From: Lachnospiraceae bacterium
Lineage (GTDB): Bacteria > Bacillota > Clostridia > Lachnospirales > Lachnospiraceae
DNA: 64,000 nt
Reading direction: 5' to 3'
Assembly: GCA_017619295.1 (NCBI GenBank)
Contig: JAFZSQ010000079.1
Coordinates: forward strand, 13,107-77,106
Position 1 is the first letter of the stretch, and each line of letters opens with the position of its first letter. The position numbers and the translations under genes were made by a program. Of this stretch, positions 54,729-64,000 are shown in pieces. The notes under the pieces were generated by a model, which saw only the letters and a list, made by a program, of their open reading frames with translations, made no database searches and was not told the DNA's origin.

Positions 54729-56171
54729 ATGAGAAAGAACAAAGTACTTGCTCTTGTACTGACAGCAGTAATGACCCTCGGACTTGTATCCTGCGGAAAC
54801 CAAGCTCCCGCAGCTGAGACCAAGACCGAAGAAGCAACTCCTGCTACCACAGAAGCTGAAGCACCCGCTGCTACAGAAGAACCCGCAGCTGAAGCTGCAC
54901 CGGATACCATCACAATTATGGTTCCCCCTGTAACAGCTGACTATGCAGACATGCTTGCTACATGGATTGCAGATTTCAACAAAGATTATCCTAACATCAC
55001 AGTAGAAGTTATCCCTACATCATGGGATGAGCACACAGAGAAGCTCTCCACCATGGCTCAGGCCGGTGAGGCTCCCGATATCGCAGAGGTTTCCTACAGC
55101 GCAATCGGTACCTACGTAGACATGGGTGTTGCAGTTAACATCGCTGACTACATGGATCTTTCCGATTACGATCAGAACGCTCTCGATTACATGACACTTG
55201 ACAACACAGTATACGGCCTTCCCCTTTACCTTACAATCCAGGCTCTCGGCGGAAACAAAGAGTTAATGGAAGCTGCAGGTATCGACGTTGAGGCAGTTCA
55301 GAAGAACGGCTGGAAGTACGAAGACTTCATGAAGTACATCGAGAAAGGTACCACAAAGGATTGCTTCGGTTTCGTATTTGCTAACTCAGGCGTAACAACA
55401 GCTGACTTCGTAAGCATCTTCGGTGTTGGCGCAGGTATCACCTCAAACTTCACAAAGGATCTTAAGTACGCATACACATCCGAGAACATGCTCAACCTCT
55501 TAAAGGCAGTTGAGGAAATGACCAAATCAGGTTACATGCCCAACTACGCAGTAGAGGCAGGACAGAGACTTGTAATGCTTGAGTGTGGCCAGACAATGAT
55601 CACAGGTAAGGCAATGCCCCTTTTCGAGGGTTCAGTTAACAAGAACAACGCAGGTATCGCAGACGGAACAGCTGCAGAAGGTTCTGTAGAAGTTCAGTAC
55701 GTATTCCTTCCCGTTCCCACAATGGAGAACGTTAAGGAGTCTTGCTTCGGTTCAGTTGACGGCATGATCGCTCTTAAGAACTCCAACAGCACAGACGAGC
55801 ACCTTAAGAACGTTTGCGCATTCCTTGATTACATCTGCTCAGGCGACAGAGTAGCAGCTACAGACAATCAGTTATACTTAAGCTGCGTATGTAAGAGCGG
55901 ACGTGAGGCACAGGCAGGTGCAACTCTTGACCAGACTGAAGGAAATGCAGCAGCAACAGAGAGATGTATCTCACTTGTTCAGGCACCTCCTACAGGCATT
56001 ACAGCAGAGCAGGCAGCTAATGCCAAGACAATCATGGACGAGGTTATCGTTCCCAAGTTCCAGGCTCTCATCGCAGGTGAGACCACCGCTGAAGATATGT
56101 TTGAGGCGGTAAAATCAGAAGCTTTCGACCTTCTCGGCGAAGACAACTGTGAGACCGGTTTTATCAAGTAA
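54729..56171 (+). CDS. ABC transporter substrate-binding lipoprotein (CUT1 / family 1 solute-binding)
   Basis: Lipobox LVSCG, a T/E/A-rich linker, 480 aa. Confidence 0.85.
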   Translation: MRKNKVLALVLTAVMTLGLVSCGNQAPAAETKTEEATPATTEAEAPAATEEPAAEAAPDTITIMVPPVTADYADMLATWIADFNKDYPNITVEVIPTSWDEHTEKLSTMAQAGEAPDIAEVSYSAIGTYVDMGVAVNIADYMDLSDYDQNALDYMTLDNTVYGLPLYLTIQALGGNKELMEAAGIDVEAVQKNGWKYEDFMKYIEKGTTKDCFGFVFANSGVTTADFVSIFGVGAGITSNFTKDLKYAYTSENMLNLLKAVEEMTKSGYMPNYAVEAGQRLVMLECGQTMITGKAMPLFEGSVNKNNAGIADGTAAEGSVEVQYVFLPVPTMENVKESCFGSVDGMIALKNSNSTDEHLKNVCAFLDYICSGDRVAATDNQLYLSCVCKSGREAQAGATLDQTEGNAAATERCISLVQAPPTGITAEQAANAKTIMDEVIVPKFQALIAGETTAEDMFEAVKSEAFDLLGEDNCETGFIK

Positions 56172-56199
56172 AAGTAAAGTAAATTAACATAGCTGATAT

Positions 56200-56223
56200 G
56201 GGCCTGCCCTAAACGACAGGCCC
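56200..56223 (+). other. Intercistronic stem-loop after the SBP gene (no T-run)
   Basis: GGGCCTG-N10-CAGGCCC. Confidence 0.4.
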
Positions 56224-56333
56224 GTATCGCATACTTTGACCATTTAATCTTTACCGAAATACTTCTGCATAACTAAAACAGGAGTCTTGCGGTAAGGGTT
56301 ATAAGGGTTAACATCACATAAAGGAGAGTATAC

Positions 56334-57248
56334 ATGGCAGCTAAGACGGCTAAAAAGTCCATACCAAAGAAGCCTTTCAGGTTCACCGTAGATGACCTGA
56401 ACGGATACCTTTTCATAGGTGTGGCCATTATAGTTTTTGCATTTTTCACAATCTATCCCGTGGTTTCGGCTGTAACCACCAGCTTTGAAAACTACAAGCC
56501 CTTCGGTTCCGAATGGGTGGGATTCAAGAATTACCTTGATACATTCAAGAAGGATTTGTTTTGGAAATCCCTTAAGAACACAGCTATTTACACGGTAGTT
56601 ACCGTGCCCTGCTCACTTTTCATCGCTTTCGTTGTTGCGGTAATGATTATGCCTTTTAAAAAGAAGACACAATCTCTTTTTAAGTCAATGTACTACATTC
56701 CCGCAGTTGCTTCTGGCGTTGCAATGAGCGTTGTATGGCTCTGGATTTACGATTCATCACCTTCAGGCCTTTTTAACCAGGTTCTGACACTTTTCCATAT
56801 CCCTACACAGAACTGGCTGGCATCAAGTAAAACCGCCATGTTATCTCTGATTATTATGGCGCTTTTAAGCGGACACGGAAGCAGCATAATCATTTATATT
56901 GCTGCGCTTTTAGGAATTGACAACACTTACTTTGAAGCAGCGGAGATAGACGGGGCTACCTTCATGCAGAAAGTAAGATACATAGTATTTCCATTGTGTA
57001 AGCCCACTACTCTTTTTCTCCTTATTACCGGAATAATCAATTCATTCCAGGTCTTCATGAACGCCTACATGATGACCGGTGGTGGGCCTGATAATAATAC
57101 GACCATGATTGGTCTGTTGATATTCAATAACGCGTTCAAGAACGGCAAATACGGATTGGCATGTGCCCAGGCAATTCTACTGGCGGTAGTTATTGCGGGA
57201 CTCACCGCCATCCAGTTCAAAGTCGCCGGCGACGACGTAGAGTACTAG
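56334..57248 (+). CDS. Sugar ABC transporter permease (MalF/UgpA-like)
   Basis: 304 aa, 6 TM helices, EAA-type loop (EAAEIDGATFMQKVRYIVFPL). Confidence 0.88.
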   Translation: MAAKTAKKSIPKKPFRFTVDDLNGYLFIGVAIIVFAFFTIYPVVSAVTTSFENYKPFGSEWVGFKNYLDTFKKDLFWKSLKNTAIYTVVTVPCSLFIAFVVAVMIMPFKKKTQSLFKSMYYIPAVASGVAMSVVWLWIYDSSPSGLFNQVLTLFHIPTQNWLASSKTAMLSLIIMALLSGHGSSIIIYIAALLGIDNTYFEAAEIDGATFMQKVRYIVFPLCKPTTLFLLITGIINSFQVFMNAYMMTGGGPDNNTTMIGLLIFNNAFKNGKYGLACAQAILLAVVIAGLTAIQFKVAGDDVEY

Positions 57249-57263
57249 GAAGGAGGAGAGAAT

Positions 57264-58130
57264 ATGGCAAGCGGACTTTATTCCCAGCATCTGGACAGAC
57301 CCTACGTTTACAAAATAAGAAACCTGCTCATCGGCCTTGTTTTGTTGTTTTGTGCGATAGTTGTGCTTTTCCCGTTGGTATACATGTTGGCCTGGTCATT
57401 TGGACCAAACCTTGAGACGGCGTCAAGCTCCTACCACATTTTCCCCACCACCTGGACGCTGGATTCCTACAAAGCATTCTTCGATTTCAGTGATTATTCT
57501 TGGAAGTGGCTTTTCAACAGTTTCGTTGTTGCTCTTGCCACGGTGGTTAGTAACGTTGTATTCGCAAGTATGGCGGGCTACGCTTTTTCCAAAATCAATT
57601 TCAAGGGCAGAAACTTCCTGTTCTTCATGATTCTGGTAGCCATGATGATACCTTACCAGGTAACCCAGGTTCCTCTTTACATCCTGTTTGTTAACAAGTT
57701 TAAGATGACCAACTCGTACCTGGCACTTATCCTTCCCGGATGTGTAACCAGTTATAACATTTTCCTGTCGAAGCAGTTCTTCTCAAGCATTCCCACAGCT
57801 CTTATTGAGAGTGCAAAAGTTGAGGGCGCTTCCCAGATAAGGATTTTCAACAGCATTATCCTTCCCCTTTCGAAGACAGTTCTTGCGGTAATGGCAATCA
57901 ACACCTTCGTAGGCACATGGAACACATTCTTCTGGCCATTCCTCGTAACATCCCAGGAGGCCATGTACACAATTCAGGTAGGCTTAAAGACATTTAAGTT
58001 TGCCAACGGAACACTGCTTTCGCCCATGATGGCGGGTGCCTGTGTCTCCGCAATACCTATGTTTATTCTATTCTTTGCATTACAGAAGTATTTCCTTGAG
58101 GGTGTAACAATCGGGGCAGTTAAGGGTTAA
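57264..58130 (+). CDS. Sugar ABC transporter permease (MalG/UgpE-like)
   Basis: 288 aa with EAA loop [21 protein letters not shown]. Confidence 0.88.
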   Translation: MASGLYSQHLDRPYVYKIRNLLIGLVLLFCAIVVLFPLVYMLAWSFGPNLETASSSYHIFPTTWTLDSYKAFFDFSDYSWKWLFNSFVVALATVVSNVVFASMAGYAFSKINFKGRNFLFFMILVAMMIPYQVTQVPLYILFVNKFKMTNSYLALILPGCVTSYNIFLSKQFFSSIPTALIESAKVEGASQIRIFNSIILPLSKTVLAVMAINTFVGTWNTFFWPFLVTSQEAMYTIQVGLKTFKFANGTLLSPMMAGACVSAIPMFILFFALQKYFLEGVTIGAVKG

Positions 58131-58155
58131 TAAATTAATTAGGAGCGTAATCCTC

Positions 58156-59052
58156 ATGAATTGGGAAGACATTAAAACAGAAGAAAGAAACGCAAATACA
58201 AGAAATATAGACGCTTTGGAAACAGCTGATATGCTTAAGCTCATAAACAGCGAAGACAAGAAAGTTGCCGAAGCAGTGGAAAAGGAAATCCCCCAGATTG
58301 CCAAAGCTGTAGATATCATATCCGAGCATTTCAAAAACGGCGGAAGGCTCATCTATTGCGGAGCCGGAACATCCGGAAGACTTGGAATTTTAGATGCGGT
58401 TGAGTGTCCCCCTACATTCTCAACAGAGCCCGAGCAGGTTGTGGGCCTTATTGCAGGCGGTTATCCCGCAATCTTTAAGGCAGTGGAAGGAGCTGAGGAC
58501 AGCCCTGAGCTTGGAGAGAATGATCTTAAGGAATTAAACTTCACAAGTAAGGACGTACTCGTTGGCATCGCAGCAAGCGGAAGAACTCCCTATGTAATCG
58601 GCTGCATGAAGTATGCCAAGTCCGTTGGAGCACCGGTTTTGTCAGTTACATGCTGTCCCGGATCCGACATCGCAAACCTTGCGGATGTATCAATTGCTCC
58701 CACTCCCGGACCCGAAGTAATCACAGGCTCCACCAGACTTAAGAGCGGAACCGCCCAGAAGCTTGTTTTAAACATGCTGACCACAGGCTCCATGATTAAG
58801 CTTGGTAAAGTGTACGGAAACCTCATGGTTGACGTTAAGCCTTCAAACGAAAAGCTCATCCACAGATGCAAAAAGATTGTATCTGATGCCACGGGTGTTA
58901 CAATAGAAGAAGCAGAAGCATATCTTGACAAGTGCGGATACAGACCCAAAGTGGCAATCGTAATGATTCTTTGCGGTGTTGACTCCGAAACAGCTAAGGA
59001 TTTGCTTAAGAAAAACGATGAGAGAATCTCAAAGGCAGTAGATAAGAAATAA
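58156..59052 (+). CDS. murQ: N-acetylmuramic acid 6-phosphate etherase
   Basis: SIS-domain protein ([28 protein letters not shown]), 298 aa. Confidence 0.92.
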   Translation: MNWEDIKTEERNANTRNIDALETADMLKLINSEDKKVAEAVEKEIPQIAKAVDIISEHFKNGGRLIYCGAGTSGRLGILDAVECPPTFSTEPEQVVGLIAGGYPAIFKAVEGAEDSPELGENDLKELNFTSKDVLVGIAASGRTPYVIGCMKYAKSVGAPVLSVTCCPGSDIANLADVSIAPTPGPEVITGSTRLKSGTAQKLVLNMLTTGSMIKLGKVYGNLMVDVKPSNEKLIHRCKKIVSDATGVTIEEAEAYLDKCGYRPKVAIVMILCGVDSETAKDLLKKNDERISKAVDKK

Positions 59053-59062
59053 GGATTCGCCT

Positions 59063-60247
59063 ATGCTTCCCTTGGAAAACTTCTACAAGAAAGACAAACA
59101 CCTTGTAATAGGTCTTATGTCGGGAACCAGTGCCGACGGAATCGACGCGGCTCTTTGCGAGATCGAAGGATTTGGAACCGACACAAAAATAGTTCAGAAA
59201 GATTTTTTGTTTACCCCCTTTCCCGAGGAGGTAAGAAATAAAATACTTTGGATTGCAAGCGGCAAAGAGTGCAACGCAGAAGAACTGTGTAAGCTCAAGG
59301 CTCTGCTTGGAATCCTGTATTCCGATGCCTGCCGTGCCCTATGCGAACACGCAGGCGTTTCTGCGTCTGAAATTGACCTTGTGGGAAACCACGGCCAGAC
59401 TATCTGGCATATCCCTAAGCCCACAGACTATCTTGGCAAAACCATTATCTCTACTTATCAGCTAGGGGAAGATGCTCTGATAGCCGAAGCCATGGGTTGT
59501 CCCGTCATAGGCGATTTCAGAGTAAGAGATATGGCAGCAGGCGGACAGGGCGCACCCCTTGTTCCCTACACTGAGTTTCTTCTTTACAGAAGCGAAACAG
59601 AGTGCGTAGCACTTCAAAATATAGGCGGAATCGGAAACATAACGATTCTTCCCCCGGCATGCAAGTTAGGAGAAGTAACTGCTTTTGACACAGGGCCCGG
59701 AAATATGGTTATGGATGCGCTTATAATTCATGCCACCAGAGGAAAACAGCAGTATGATGAGGGCGGAGAATTTGCTGCAAGAGGAAGAGTAAACGAGAAG
59801 CTTCTTAACTACATGCTCTCCGATTCTTACCTTTCTAAACCCCTCCCCAAAACCACGGGAAGAGAACAATATGGCCCCGAATATGTGGATAGGATCCTTA
59901 GTTTTGCGGAGCCCTTGGGGATGACAGACTATGATAATGTGGCCACCGCCACAAGATTTACCGCAGAAACCATCAAGATTGGTATAGAGAAATTTGCACC
60001 TGTAAAACCCACGAGACTGATTGTGGGCGGAGGCGGAAGCCACAACAGGATACTTATGAAAAACATTAAAGAGCTCCTTCCCGGCTGTAATGTATGCACC
60101 TGCGAAGACATGGGCTTTAGTTCCGATGCGAAGGAAGCTGTGGCTTTTGCCATATTGGCACATGAAGCCGCTTACGGAATGGCAAACAACGTCACAAGCG
60201 TAACCGGCGCAAAGCACCCTGTTGTTATGGGCAAGATTTCAATTTAG
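59063..60247 (+). CDS. anmK: Anhydro-N-acetylmuramic acid kinase
   Basis: N-terminal GLMSGTSADGIDAAL and an internal NIGGIGN, 394 aa. Confidence 0.9.
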   Translation: MLPLENFYKKDKHLVIGLMSGTSADGIDAALCEIEGFGTDTKIVQKDFLFTPFPEEVRNKILWIASGKECNAEELCKLKALLGILYSDACRALCEHAGVSASEIDLVGNHGQTIWHIPKPTDYLGKTIISTYQLGEDALIAEAMGCPVIGDFRVRDMAAGGQGAPLVPYTEFLLYRSETECVALQNIGGIGNITILPPACKLGEVTAFDTGPGNMVMDALIIHATRGKQQYDEGGEFAARGRVNEKLLNYMLSDSYLSKPLPKTTGREQYGPEYVDRILSFAEPLGMTDYDNVATATRFTAETIKIGIEKFAPVKPTRLIVGGGGSHNRILMKNIKELLPGCNVCTCEDMGFSSDAKEAVAFAILAHEAAYGMANNVTSVTGAKHPVVMGKISI

Positions 60248-60261
60248 TAAAGGTTTGACAC

Positions 60262-61788
60262 ATGAATTTAAAAGAAAAAATCGGGCAGAGAATTATGTCA
60301 GGTTTCCCCGGACCTGAAATGAACGAAGAGTTCATTAATCTGGTAAAAGAATACAAGGTTTCAAACGTTATTCTTTTCAAGCACAATATCGTAGACAAGA
60401 AGCAGCTTAAGAAGCTTTGTGCCGACATCCAGACCTTGGTAAAGGCTGAGACGGGCCATCCCGCATTAATCGGTATCGACCAGGAGGGTGGCGTCATCAC
60501 AAGACTTCCTTCCGACTGCGTTAACGTACCCGGAGCCATGGCCATTGCATCAACAGGCGATCCCGGCTATGCCGAAAAGGCCGCAGAGATAACAGGCCGT
60601 GAACTTCGCGCCCTTGGAATACAGATAGATTACGCTCCCGTTGCAGACGTTAACAATAATCCCTTAAACCCCATAATCGGAGCAAGAAGCTACGGCGATA
60701 CTCCCGAGCAGGTTTCGAGGTACTGCCTTGCAACCCTTAAGGGATTTAACAATACAGGCATTATCGCTACAGCCAAGCATTTCCCCGGCCACGGTGATAC
60801 AGCCAACGATTCCCACGTAAGCCTTCCCATGATTGACAAGTCACTGGATGAGCTTTACGAGATGGAGCTGGTGCCCTTCAAGGCTTTGATTGAAGCCTGC
60901 ATCCCTTCCATTATGACCACCCACATTCTTTTTCCTCAGATTGAAAAAGAGAAAGTTCCCGCAACCATGTCCCGCCGTATAATTACAGGCCTCCTTAAGC
61001 AGGAACTGGGATTCAAGGGCCTCATTACCAGCGATTGCATGGAGATGGGCGCAATTGCAGAATACTATGGAACCGCCAAGGGTGTTGCAGCTGCCATGGC
61101 AGCAGGTGTAGATATGGTTATGATTAGCCATACTGTTTCAAAGGCTGTGGAAGCAATCAAGGAAGTCGAAAAAGCAGTTGAAGACGGCAGAATTTCCATG
61201 AACGAAATGGACGAGTCCGTTGACAAAATCCTTGTGTATAAGAAGCAGTACTGCCTGGACCCTAAAGGTGAAGCGGGAACAAAGGAAGCTTTTGACGCTT
61301 CGGAAGATATAAGAAACAAGACCATTACCCTTGTATCCGGAAAGATCCCCCCTCTTGGAGACAAGCCTGTATTCGTAGGCTGTGCGGATTATCGTTCCGG
61401 AATGGTTTCAAACGTTGAAATTAACGACACCACCTCTGCAGGCTTTATGGCAGGAAGAGTTGGCGGAGATTCCTACGTAACCACCAAGGACCCCACCGAT
61501 GAGGAGATCGCAAAGGTTGTGGATTACGTGAAGGGCCACACCAGCATTGTGGTTAACACCTACAACGGACATCTCTACGACGGCCAGATGAAGCTGGTTA
61601 AGACCATGAGCGATATGAATATTCCAATGATTCTCATAGCCTTACGCAATCCCTATGACTTAAAGGATCTTCCTTCCCACGTGGCAGGAATCGCAGCCTG
61701 GGATTATTCCAATGAAACACTGGCAGCCCTTGTTCCTTTCGTAACGGGCAAGGTAACACCTACAGGAAAGATGCCTATTAAACTGTAA
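60262..61788 (+). CDS. nagZ: Glycoside hydrolase family 3 beta-N-acetylhexosaminidase, cytoplasmic
   Basis: IGIDQEGG, KHFPGHGDT and SDCMEM motifs. No signal peptide. 508 aa. Confidence 0.88.
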   Translation: MNLKEKIGQRIMSGFPGPEMNEEFINLVKEYKVSNVILFKHNIVDKKQLKKLCADIQTLVKAETGHPALIGIDQEGGVITRLPSDCVNVPGAMAIASTGDPGYAEKAAEITGRELRALGIQIDYAPVADVNNNPLNPIIGARSYGDTPEQVSRYCLATLKGFNNTGIIATAKHFPGHGDTANDSHVSLPMIDKSLDELYEMELVPFKALIEACIPSIMTTHILFPQIEKEKVPATMSRRIITGLLKQELGFKGLITSDCMEMGAIAEYYGTAKGVAAAMAAGVDMVMISHTVSKAVEAIKEVEKAVEDGRISMNEMDESVDKILVYKKQYCLDPKGEAGTKEAFDASEDIRNKTITLVSGKIPPLGDKPVFVGCADYRSGMVSNVEINDTTSAGFMAGRVGGDSYVTTKDPTDEEIAKVVDYVKGHTSIVVNTYNGHLYDGQMKLVKTMSDMNIPMILIALRNPYDLKDLPSHVAGIAAWDYSNETLAALVPFVTGKVTPTGKMPIKL

Positions 61789-61881
61789 TAGAATATTTTA
61801 AGCATTTAAACGACAACAAGTTGCATAAATACACAACGTGTTGTACACTAAAACCGTAATTATAAGGGTTAGATGCAGTAG

Positions 61882-61921
61882 AAAAAGAATGTAATGAATA
61901 AGTATTACATTCTTTTTTTTA
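61882..61921. terminator. Bidirectional-type terminator (A-run, 14-bp stem, T-run)
   Basis: AAAAAGAATGTAAT-GAATAAGT-ATTACATTCTTTTT followed by additional T residues. Confidence 0.75.
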
Positions 61922-61942
61922 GTTAGATGGAGGGAAACGGAG

Positions 61943-62689
61943 ATGGCTGTTTTAACAGCAAATAATATTTCTAAAAAGTATGTTAGCAAAGACAACGCAT
62001 GCATGGCGCTGAATGATATCTGCGTCAATGTAGAGAAGGGTGATTTTGTAAGTATAGTTGGTAAGTCCGGAGCAGGGAAGAGTACACTCCTTTTCTTGCT
62101 GGCGGGGATTAAATATCCGGATACCGGAGATGTTCTGATGAATGGAAGAAGCATTACGAAAATGAAAGACAAAGAACTATCAAAAGTACATGGTACAGAG
62201 ATGGGGATAGTTTTTCAGGATAGTAAGCTTGTTGAGGAACTCTCGGTATTTGATAATATAGCGCTACCGGGATACTTATACAGAAAAAAAGACGATGTAG
62301 ATAAAGAGGCCCTAAGTCTTCTCAGTAGTTTGCATATGATTGATCAAAAAGACAAATATCCCGATCAATTATCGGCAGGACAGAAGCAGCGGATTGCTTT
62401 TGCCAGAGCTCTAATTAATCAGCCGGATATTATTTTCCTGGATGAGCCAACGGGCAATCTAGATGTTAAAACGGGAAGATGGATATATAGTCTACTTGTA
62501 AAACTCAATAAATCAGGGAAAACGATAGTAATGGTAACACATGACTCCAATGCTGCTGCAGTAATAAGCAACAAGGTGTGGATACTTGATTCAGGACATT
62601 TGAAGAAAGAGTTTTCATATAAGGCGGGCTGCAATAATTCAGAAGAAGTGAAAGTACGATTAAAAGAGATAAATGAAATGATGTATTAA
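61943..62689 (+). CDS. ABC transporter ATP-binding protein (MacB/FtsE/BceA-like)
   Basis: Walker A GKSGAGKST, signature LSAGQKQR, Walker B IIFLDEPT. Confidence 0.9.
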   Translation: MAVLTANNISKKYVSKDNACMALNDICVNVEKGDFVSIVGKSGAGKSTLLFLLAGIKYPDTGDVLMNGRSITKMKDKELSKVHGTEMGIVFQDSKLVEELSVFDNIALPGYLYRKKDDVDKEALSLLSSLHMIDQKDKYPDQLSAGQKQRIAFARALINQPDIIFLDEPTGNLDVKTGRWIYSLLVKLNKSGKTIVMVTHDSNAAAVISNKVWILDSGHLKKEFSYKAGCNNSEEVKVRLKEINEMMY

Positions 62690-62722
62690 AAGGGAATAGA
62701 TTAATTATTTGGGTCTGAAAAA

Positions 62723-64000
62723 ATGAGAATAATAGAGGTTGGTATCAAAAAAAATAGGGCGGGATATATAACGATAGCAATTTGCTCAGCAATTGTATCG
62801 TTAATTATCTTGTCCCTTTTTGTACTTCGTTTTTCGTTAGAAAAAACGTTTGAGAACTACTATAAAAAAATACACGGACCACTTTGTGCGATTGCGACAG
62901 ATGACGAGGAAAGTGAAAAAAACTTAGCGGAATTGCTGAGTACGAAAAATAATATTACTTATGAATCTTTCCAAAGACATGTTACAAAGGGAATCAGCAT
63001 TAATGGCAGAGATTACTCATTTGCCTATGTTGTTACTGGAAAATCTCAGATACCGACTGATGCAACGGTATTTATTAATAATACTGTATCAGGGAGTAGT
63101 GTTGGAAAGAGTGTTGAGTTTAATTGTGATAATGATATTTATACCATAGAAAAAGTTGTAATGGATCCAATCAATTCTGCGCCAGATACGATGAATACCG
63201 TTATTTATGTTAATGAAAACATTTATAGGAAGCTGGCTGCATTTGGGATTAACAACGAGTCGGTTTATTATCTATACGGTGATTCTGACCAGATTGCCGA
63301 AGAGTTGGAAACGGAGTATTTATCAAGCTATGGCATTTCATTGAGGGGAAACGTTACATCTTTTAAGGAGATTAAACAGCATTACTTATTGCAGTATAGG
63401 GTAGTGAGTCAGTATTTTAATTCAGCATCAAAGGTTGTTATTATTTTTATTTTCTTTCTTTGTGCTCTGATAATAAATATGATATTAGCTGCTGATTGCG
63501 AGAGTATTAGTATATATCGAATAATTGGAATGAATAGAACGAGGGTGGTGCAATTATATTCTGCCAAAACATTACTCCCTGCTATATTGGGTGCGATAGT
63601 TGGAGTTTTGACAGGAATGATTATATTAATGTTCTGGCTTGGTAAGATGTTTTCTGCATTTGGTCACGTAAGACTGTCTATATATGGTTTGTTTTGGTGG
63701 GCTTTTCTCTCAATGGGAATTGTTCTTGCCATACTTTTCATTTTAACGTTGATTCTTGTATACGTAAGACTTGAAGACACAAATTATACCGTCAGGATAG
63801 AGGAAAAGAAAACAAGACTAAGCATTCGTCGCGGTATTTTTGGCGGTTTATTCAGAGCACCGGAAATGGTTTCCATTGGGATGTCATATGCTAAGAAGCA
63901 CATTGCCCAAACACTGGCAGTTACAGTTTCTACCATATTTTTGGGGAGCATGATTGTTTTCACAGCACATGTATGTTTAGGCATTTTGGAAAGAAATAAC
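62723..64000 (+). CDS. FtsX-family ABC transporter permease, 3' end beyond window (not in the supplied ORF track)
   Basis: I translated by hand from ATG 62723. The frame is open for 426 codons to the window edge. It has an N-terminal TM helix, a ~200-aa loop, then an FtsX-type TM cluster (IIFIFFLCALIINMILAADCESISIYRIIGMNRTRVVQLYSAKTLLPAILGAIVGVLTG). Confidence 0.8.
   Translation, partial: MRIIEVGIKKNRAGYITIAICSAIVSLIILSLFVLRFSLEKTFENYYKKIHGPLCAIATDDEESEKNLAELLSTKNNITYESFQRHVTKGISINGRDYSFAYVVTGKSQIPTDATVFINNTVSGSSVGKSVEFNCDNDIYTIEKVVMDPINSAPDTMNTVIYVNENIYRKLAAFGINNESVYYLYGDSDQIAEELETEYLSSYGISLRGNVTSFKEIKQHYLLQYRVVSQYFNSASKVVIIFIFFLCALIINMILAADCESISIYRIIGMNRTRVVQLYSAKTLLPAILGAIVGVLTGMIILMFWLGKMFSAFGHVRLSIYGLFWWAFLSMGIVLAILFILTLILVYVRLEDTNYTVRIEEKKTRLSIRRGIFGGLFRAPEMVSIGMSYAKKHIAQTLAVTVSTIFLGSMIVFTAHVCLGILERNN

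Noticed and set aside
59666-60217. 183-aa minus-strand ORF.
   Set aside because: It is antisense to anmK, which has strong family motifs. I found no independent support.

Overview
This 64-kb chromosomal segment looks like the origin-proximal region of a Firmicute. Gene content suggests Clostridia, Lachnospiraceae-like, but that taxonomic call is inference only. The window opens inside soj/parA, followed by parB and a DUF4446 gene. Most of the rest is housekeeping: serS, trmB, glmM, argS, tatD, a DD-carboxypeptidase and three tRNAs (Arg-CCT, Pro-CGG, Lys-CTT). Interleaved with these are several accessory-looking modules. (1) A ten-gene Mrp/Mbh-type cation:proton antiporter-like cluster has four large antiporter-like subunits. 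(2) An ECF sigma operon carries two tandem minimal zf-HC2 anti-sigma factors and three exported proteins of unknown function. (3) A tightly coupled four-gene operon reads sensor kinase - NfeD - flotillin FloA - LytTR response regulator. (4) A hexuronate catabolism operon reads GntR-uxaC-eda-kdgK. (5) A self-contained PTS cassette (EI, HPr, cellobiose-type IIA/IIB/IIC, an RDD protein and a PRD regulator) is bracketed by a 32-nt direct repeat. (6) An anhydro-MurNAc/muropeptide salvage cluster combines a CUT1-type ABC importer with murQ, anmK and nagZ. (7) An ABC ATPase is followed by an FtsX-type permease that runs off the window end and is absent from the supplied ORF track. Two structured, promoter-plus-terminator-bounded leaders were found by eye, one upstream of argS and one upstream of a methyltransferase/nucleoside-phosphorylase pair. 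I recognised no rRNA, CRISPR array, transposase, integrase or phage gene. All family assignments come from reading motifs in the translations. No database search was run.
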